Of a DNA stretch of 17,101 bases, positions 10,640 through 17,101 are shown in pieces (positions within the stretch are counted from its first letter, which is position 1; every line of letters starts with the position of its first letter). The notes beneath the pieces were generated by a model, which did not search any database, was not told the origin of the DNA, and saw only the letters and a list, made by a program, of their open reading frames with translations. The position numbers and the translations under genes are program-made. This stretch comes from Ginkgo biloba (Eukaryota; Plantae; Ginkgophyta), in the NCBI GenBank assembly GCA_024626585.2, contig JANKJI020000004.1:107374798-107391898 (forward strand), given 5' to 3'.

Positions 10640-11345
10640 TTTCTCATGAGCTCCTACTCATACCCCTTGCTTTTACTTCTTCATCGACTCATTCAACACC
10701 ACCCTATTTCTTTTGGGTCTTCTAATTCCATCTCTTGGCAAAGATTTCTTTCCATTATTTCTTATATCTATAGTTGATATTTTTCAACCGTTACTCCACT
10801 TCTTCTAGCACTTGCTCCTAGTGCTCTGCTATCATCTCTACCTTATTTCTTTCGCCCTCCACTATGAATTCCTACAACACATAAATTATTGCCTTATTTA
10901 GCGCACTTGCAAAATTAACACTTGGGAAAAACTCCTCATCATTATTTGCCTACTTGCTTGCAATTCATCTCTTCAGTTCCTGTAACTCCCTCAACTTTGC
11001 CTCCTTTCTCTCCCTAATAGATCTTGATGCCATCTTTGTTCCTTCAACAAATGAGCTCTCCCTTAGCTCTTCATCACATTTCCACGATGCACTTTCAATC
11101 TTGATGCAGTTACCATAGGTACTGCTTTCACTCTTAAGGTCTTCTCCAATGCACCTTCTTTGTCTTAGGCACTCCTTTCGTCCATAAGCAACTTTGTGCT
11201 CTAGCTTTACGTCTTCAATGGCTAAATATTTGGCTCTTATCACTTGTGTCACTCCCTTTCTTCAGTAACCTTATTATATCCTCTTTTTCCATGATCTTCT
11301 GCTAACTCCTTCACTGTAGGGGTTTCTTCAATAAGCCTTTAACAA
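10640..11345 (-). pseudogene. Decayed charged/helical ORF, copy 2 (short)
   Basis: Includes track ORF 10965-11252; WKCDEELRES..KMASRSIRERKEAKLRELQELKR aligns with copy 1 WEGAKELREI..KMMSRSTKGEKEVKIRELQDLRK. Confidence 0.65.
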
Positions 11346-11388
11346 GGCTCCGATACCAGAGCCACTACTTCCACTAGCTCTGATACTA
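11346..11388 (-). promoter_or_regulatory. Two tRNA-iMet PBS-like motifs
   Basis: TAGTATCAGAGC (11388-11377, 2 nt after the LTR end TACATCA) and TGGTATCGGAGCC (11358-11346), each with one mismatch to TGGTATCAGAGC(C). Confidence 0.75.
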
Positions 11389-11390
11389 GA

Positions 11391-11690
11391 TGATGTAAGT
11401 CAATTGATGATCGCTCACCAAAATCACCTGCCTCCAAGATCATCTTTATTATATGGGATGGTGGCATCGTCTCTTAGCATGATAATTTTTCCCTCAAGGT
11501 ATTCTTTTCCTTTTACCCACAGACCTGTAAATATGCACTAAAAAAAATACAACCTAAAAAAGTGATTTCAAAGGTACGTAAGTCCTCCCATGTGCGTAGA
11601 AAGATATTCTTATGAAAAGTCTAGTTTTTACATTTAAATTTGGCCATTGGCCTAAAATACATTACATGCATAAAATTAGAGCATACACGT
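11391..11690 (-). repeat. Internal diverged LTR end (LTR-B)
   Basis: Ends TACATCA, the inverse of the family start TGATGTA, before a PBS. Collinear motif matches to LTR-C: TGCATGTAAT..GGCCA..AATGTAAA, TATTTRYAGGT, CCTTRARGGA, GATCYTGG..GGYGATTTT.GTG. Confidence 0.65.
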
Positions 11691-11790
11691 NNNNNNNNNN
11701 NNNNNNNNNNNNNNNNNNNNNNNNNNNNNNNNNNNNNNNNNNNNNNNNNNNNNNNNNNNNNNNNNNNNNNNNNNNNNNNNNNNNNNNNNN

Positions 11791-13661
11791 CTCCTTCACA
11801 CACCACCTCTTTCTCTTGAGGTTTCTATTGCATTTTCTCCACATGTTACATTTTACTTCCTGCTCCCCTCTCAGGATCTCTACTCACCTTATGGTCCTTT
11901 TAAATACCAATCTCTCTTGAAGCTTACTTGTCCTTCCCCCAACCATCACCATCATTATCATTCCTTTCCATATCCTCCATGGCCTCACCACCAACTTCCT
12001 TCTCTATTTTTANNNNNNNNNNNNNNNNNNTCTGTTGAACCTTCAAAGAGAATCTCCAACCTACCATAACTTCCATAGGAAGCCTCCATTATTTCCTTTG
12101 TTGCCACCTCTATATATCCAACTAGGAATTTGCCTTCCAACCCAATCTCATGTACAACTAGCTCTCTCACCTGGTCCTCACGTTGAACTATACCTTTCTC
12201 TCTATATGACACATCATCATATGCATTTTTTTCTTATTTTATACCTACCTATTGCTTCCTTATAACCCTATTTCTATCACCTATTGACTATCCTAGACTA
12301 CTTGTCTAGTCTCCCTTACTGCACACTAACCTTTGTCAATCATTTATCCACCTTCTATTTCCTATTAGATTTCCCTGCCCAACCTCCAACTTCCCCTATC
12401 CATTTGTCGTACATCTCATGTTTATTGGTCGTCAGGTGTCACCCCTCAAATGCATGTTGATTGTTGCTCTAACATTTGTTTGGTGTATTTCCTTTACCTG
12501 CTCTAAGTTGCATTCAACTACTCCCTTATTGGGCTTCCTTTCAATGACATCACCATCACCAAATTCATCATTGTTGATGTTGGTTATATCCACTAACCTA
12601 CCTTTTCCTGTACACTCAAGAAAATATGAATTTATTTTATTTTGGCCTTCCAAGACCTCATTTGTCATTACTACTTTCTCTATCAACTCTCCTTCGACAA
12701 TCATCTCCACATCATTCCACCTCTTTTTGGGCTCATATGGACACCACTCCTTCGTGTCATCTAAATATTCTACATGAGTCTCTAGATCACATCCCACTAC
12801 ATCACCAACATCCTCTTATGCATATATCCTATGCATGATCTCTTTAACATATTCCTCATCGACTCACTCTTTAAATAGATATCCCACTGGTTCCTCCTCA
12901 TGCCCTCTCATGGGATCTTATATCATTTTTAGACTGACATCCTTTGCTTACATGTCAGTCAACATAACCCTTCTCTTGGGTTTCTCTACACTTTTCTTTT
13001 TCTTCTTGTTGCTTTTGTTGGTGGATTCTCTGCTCTACTCAAAGAATGTTTCCATCAAGGATTGCCATTCTTTGTATCCATTCTCCAATTATAGTTGAAC
13101 ATGTTTTACAAGTGTTTCTACCTCCCCTTTTCTTGTTTGTTTGTATATCTTCTTAATCATTTTCCATAGTTGTTCTTCTTGCATGCATTTTATTTCTTCC
13201 TCCACCAATTTTGCAAGTTATTTTCTCAAGTCTTGCAACTCCCTTATCTTTACCTCCTTTTCCCCCTTAGTGGACCTTGACATCATCTTATGCATTCAAC
13301 AACTAATCTCCCTTAACTCTTTGGCACCTTCCCATGGTACACTTCACCCTCATTGCTTCCACCCTTTCTCAATGAGCCACCTTATTCTCTCCTCTTTCTT
13401 TATCTTTTCTTCCAATAGCCAAACCCTTGTCTTTGCAACACCTTTTTGCAGTGCAACTTGATCTTCATCAATGAGCCTTTCCTTGTCTCTTTTTTACACT
13501 TCTTCTCCACCTAGCGTTAGTGAGCTCCTATAACTCCTTCTTGTAGCGACCTCTTTCCACTAGTCATTTTCTTCATTAATCAAGCTTCTTCCATCTCTGA
13601 TACCACTGATGGTATTGAGATTCTTCCTTGTCGATGATATTTTTACATAAAAACCTAACAT
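11791..13661 (-). pseudogene. Decayed long charged ORF at the gag position, copy 1
   Basis: The ATG at 13661 abuts the PBS and is in frame with track ORF 12432-12797 through scattered stops; E/K-rich; no CCHC, protease, RT or integrase motif seen. The frame below 12432 is uncertain. Confidence 0.65.
13595..13605 (-). promoter_or_regulatory. Second PBS-like motif
   Basis: TGGTATCAGAG (11/11), preceded by CATCA-G. Confidence 0.6.
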
Positions 13662-13674
13662 GGCTCTGATACCA
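13662..13674 (-). promoter_or_regulatory. Primer-binding site, tRNA-iMet
   Basis: Perfect TGGTATCAGAGCC, 2 nt after CTGCATTA (a likely decayed CTGCATCA LTR end). Confidence 0.92.
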
Positions 13675-13676
13675 CC

Positions 13677-13781
13677 TAATGCAGTGTGATTAGGCGAGTG
13701 CACCAAAAATTCTTTCTCTTCCTAGGATCTTTCTCAACTATGGGACTCAAACTTTATCCCTGCTCTTCCTAAGATCTTTCT
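13677..13781 (-). repeat. 5' LTR end (LTR-A), remainder in gap
   Basis: Homologous to 8557-8639 and adjacent to the PBS. Confidence 0.85.
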
Positions 13782-14525
13782 NNNNNNNNNNNNNNNNNNN
13801 NNNNNNNNNNNNNNNNNNNNNNNNNNNNNNNNNNNNNNNNNNNNNNNNNNNNNNNNNNNNNNNNNNNNNNNNNNNNNNNNNATATATAAATTCGAGTGTG
13901 ATGTGCCTGTTTCTCTTCATTTTTAGATTGAAATTTTAAATTACTCCTCTTCATAATATGATCTTGTGAACTTCAAACCTCCTCCTCATTTGGACCCATA
14001 CTTCCTTAATTCACCATCCTATGGATTTTCCATTGATACTAGCATTTGGTTCAAGCATTGTTCAACCTCCCACTATGTTGCACATGTCCCATCATTTGCC
14101 TCCCTGTCAGTTCTATAATACTCACTAAACCATAATGGCCTTCTTGTTGGATTTATAATGCTTAATGAACCATGAATATTCAAGTTTTACAACTGGGTGG
14201 CATGCATTTTTGTATGAGTTATAATGACATTCTTCATGGTTGGTTGTAATGATTCTTGGTTCTTCTAGTGCAACCCATCATCTTCAGTGTCTTACAACCC
14301 TCCCATGATATCTCCAAATAGCATTACAACCCTATAATCACTACAATCACTCCTAAATCATCCCATGGCCCAATACTCATCTAACAAGCTCTTCACCTCT
14401 TAGTAATAAACTCCCATAGACTTGTAGATGGCCTCATGACCTCTTTGAAATTAGACCCATGACATCTCAACTCAGGTTCCAAAGGGCATCACCTTCTTCA
14501 GTGTCCACCAACTTCCCTGTGATGC

Positions 14526-15541
14526 TGATGTAGGAGCATCCAGTGCCCACGGGGTCGGGTGGCTGACGTTGTCGGCGAAAGGGTATTTTGGTGGTTGACA
14601 AAGAAGACCGACCATGTCAGTGGCTTGGAGGACACCCCCCATCTATAGGAGAAGCTTGACACCGTCAGTGAGAAGCGGTAGACTAACGATCATCGGTGAA
14701 ACAAAGTTGACATTGTCAATAGGGAGCAATGGAATTTGACATCCGTCAATGAGTCAGGAATTGAAAGAACCTCGTCGGTGGAGGGTTGCTTTATGACGTA
14801 AGGTGGCCATGCAAAAGTGAGTTAAGAACAGTGTCAAATGACAAAGAAAAAGGAAGATAAGTAGTAAGATAAATATGGCNNNNNNNNNNACAGGCATTAA
14901 TGGCAGAGCTGTTATTTGAATAAATGCTCACCAAACCAGCACGTTGAAGCCGAGAGAGACGTTTGGAGCGGGAGAAAGAGGCCATTGAAGAGAGCCTATA
15001 AATTGGCCTCACTCAAAGTCTTTGGGTAGGAGAGTTTGATTTGGAACACCGACATGTTGCCAAAATTTAGAATGGTCAAGGAAGATGAGTGGAGCAGAGA
15101 AGAGCATCCAGCCAGCAGAGATGGTTGGCACCAAGGAGTGGACAGGCTCCAAGCCGAATGGATATTTGTGAGCCATAAGGCATGATTGTTGTAATGCCTC
15201 AGAGGAATTTTTATGTAGGCCGTGGGCCATTTCATTGAAAGCCAATTTTGGCAATGGATGTAAGGGAAATAGCCCATGTTGTTTATTGGAGTTATATAGC
15301 TTGGAGTTTTCTTCCCGTTGAGGGTTTCTCTAGTTGAAAAGAACTGTGTCATGGTGCTCTTGATTTTCCTGTGTTTGTCCAGCTTGCGTATGTTTATGCT
15401 TGACTTTTCTGAAGTCGTGGCCTAATTGGTTTACCACGCATGCACTCAGTTTAGGAAAGGTCTTGTAGCAGGGTGGACGTGAGGGTGGCAGGCCGTAGGA
15501 CATTAGTCATCGTCTGCGCCTTCCTCTCCCTTGCTGCTTCA
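14526..15541 (+). repeat. 5' LTR (LTR-D, ~1.02 kb) of a related element
   Basis: Starts TGATGTAGGAGCATCC (15/16 identical to the LTR-C start), ends CTGCTTCA, has CTATAAAT at 14996 and is followed by a PBS. Confidence 0.8.
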
Positions 15542-15542
15542 G

Positions 15543-15554
15543 TGGTATCAAAGC
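15543..15554 (+). promoter_or_regulatory. Primer-binding site, tRNA-iMet
   Basis: TGGTATCAAAGC (11/12), 1 nt after the LTR CA. Confidence 0.85.
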
Positions 15555-16103
15555 ATAGGAATCGAGTGGCAAGGCACAATGGTATGAAGAGTTGAAGAAG
15601 AATTGAACTGTGATGGCCAAGATGCCATCGAGGGTGACATACCCAAGAGCTTCNNNNNNNNNNNNNNNNNNNNNNNNNNNNNNNNNNNNNNNNNNNNNNN
15701 NNNNNNNNNNNNNNNNNNNNNNNNNNNNNNNNNNNNNNNNNNNNNNNNNNNNNAGTAGAGACATCCATTGGCAAAGGAGAAATATCGCTAAGAAAAATCT
15801 TAGGAGGATAAGTGTAGAAGCAGACCAGGATGATCATCAAATGTAAGGGAGCCTCAAGAGTTAGTGATGCATCACAATAAAAAAGAACCAACATAACCCA
15901 AGTAGTAGATCTAACATATTGAAACCTAATGGGAGAGTAAGAGAAGATAGAGTAGATTTCTAGTAGGGAGGCATCTCTTGTGGAAGAAAAAGAGCATAGA
16001 GGAAGATCACTAATAGAGGGAGGAATCTTGAGGAGACAAGTTGTATGCACAAGGTGAAGTGTTCTCTTATGAGGTTCCAGTTGTGGATCCAAGAGAACTA
16101 GAG
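15555..16103 (+). pseudogene. Decayed internal region of the LTR-D element
   Basis: Purine-rich, stop-riddled coding-like sequence downstream of the PBS, interrupted by gap 15654-15753; no recognisable motif. Confidence 0.4.
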
Positions 16104-17101
16104 TGTAATTTCCCCATCGGAGGGATGGGTGACATATAAGAATATCTTTTGGAATTCATTTATATGAAGTGGTCACCAAGTTGAGTTGTATTTCATTTTA
16201 TTTTTAGTTTAATATAATAGTTCCATATCTTGTGGTAATTTTGTGTGTATGTTAGGGTTGGTTTTGTATGTTTTTCTTTATAATAACACTACTCTGGATC
16301 GACAAAGCCTTCATCATAGGCCCAAGTTATTCATTTATGTTAGCTTTTGCATTATTGGAGGTATTTCCACCCATCGATGACAAAATAAAGATAGACCATG
16401 AACACCTTTTGGGGTGTGAACCTCCAATAACATCAATAGAATCGACCCACCAATGAGTGTTGGATGAAGCCTATATTCACATTAGGGAGTTATCACTAAC
16501 AAGCGATAATACAACTCACGTTAGCATTTATGAAGTTTGATCATTGATGAACAACATAGTTGACACTTTTGTCTCTGATGAGAGATAGTTTAGGGAGCTT
16601 GTCGTTGATGAGAGATAAGACCAACACAATTAGTTGCATCATATTATGTTGACATTGTGATTTAACACACGTTATGTTGCTTACAATGTAGCCTCTATTA
16701 CATTGCCTGTAATGTAAACACTATTAAGTATCATGTAATAGAGTTTACATTGCAGCCATTGTGACCTCTATTATATCATATGTAATAGAGGTTAGATATA
16801 TCTAGAGAAAAAATTTACATCTATAAAAAATAAAGATAGGTATAAGGACATTAAATGCAATAGAGCTAAAACCATAATGCAGAAACTATCAACGAAGTTT
16901 CACATATGAATAATAAATTATAAAGGTGGTTTTTGACTCATCTACATGGTTAAATAATCTTAGGGATTATTTTTTTATATATATTTATTTTTTACACCAA
17001 CTTACAATTGGATTTATTTTAGAGGGTAACTATATGGGCTATGTTATAGTTTAATATTATACCACTCATTTCTCATAGCATATTAGATCAAAAGGTAAAA
17101 A

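Larger units (their letters stand above)
8557..13781 (-). mobile_element. Composite, apparently non-autonomous LTR retrotransposon (tRNA-iMet primed)
   Basis: LTR ends 8557-8639 and 13680-13762 match (about 83% by hand); PBS at 13662-13674; PPT at 10622-10635; internal diverged LTR end plus PBS at 11377-11690; purine-rich minus strand throughout. The two halves are joined across gap 11691-11790. Confidence 0.7.

Noticed and set aside
9698-13461. Many plus-strand S/L/F-rich ORFs, including the 210-aa ORF 9972-10604
   Set aside because: Shadows of the purine-rich minus strand, since pyrimidine-rich sequence is poor in stop codons. The same logic applies to minus-strand ORF 15451-16092.
13716-13781. 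47-bp tandem duplication in LTR-A (CTCTTCCTARGATCTTTCT at 13716 and 13763)
   Set aside because: It abuts a gap and is absent from LTR-C, so a contig-end artefact cannot be excluded.
16104-16135. TGTAATTTCCCC as the start of another LTR
   Set aside because: No matching CA terminus, TSD, PBS or convincing PPT within the window.

Overview
AT-rich, gap-ridden (11 N-runs, many exactly 100 N) eukaryotic intergenic DNA, probably from a large-genome land plant (gymnosperm-like; inference). No intact host gene, RNA gene or CRISPR array is visible. The window is a nest of decayed LTR retrotransposons. (1) An Athila-like element on the minus strand at 2319-4061 has a GGGAG target-site duplication and a tRNA-Asp-type PBS, and appears to be inserted into the PPT of an older element. 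(2) A CpG-rich LTR starts at 5131. (3) A degenerate ~200-300 bp repeat at ~7340-8130 ends in an expanded RY microsatellite. (4) A minus-strand composite at 8557-13781 has three LTR segments, four tRNA-iMet PBS-like motifs and two diverged copies of an unidentified charged ORF, with no visible pol. (5) A plus-strand relative of that family has an LTR at 14526-15541 and a PBS. The composite in (4) is the most unusual feature. All alignments were done by eye, and the gaps hide key junctions.
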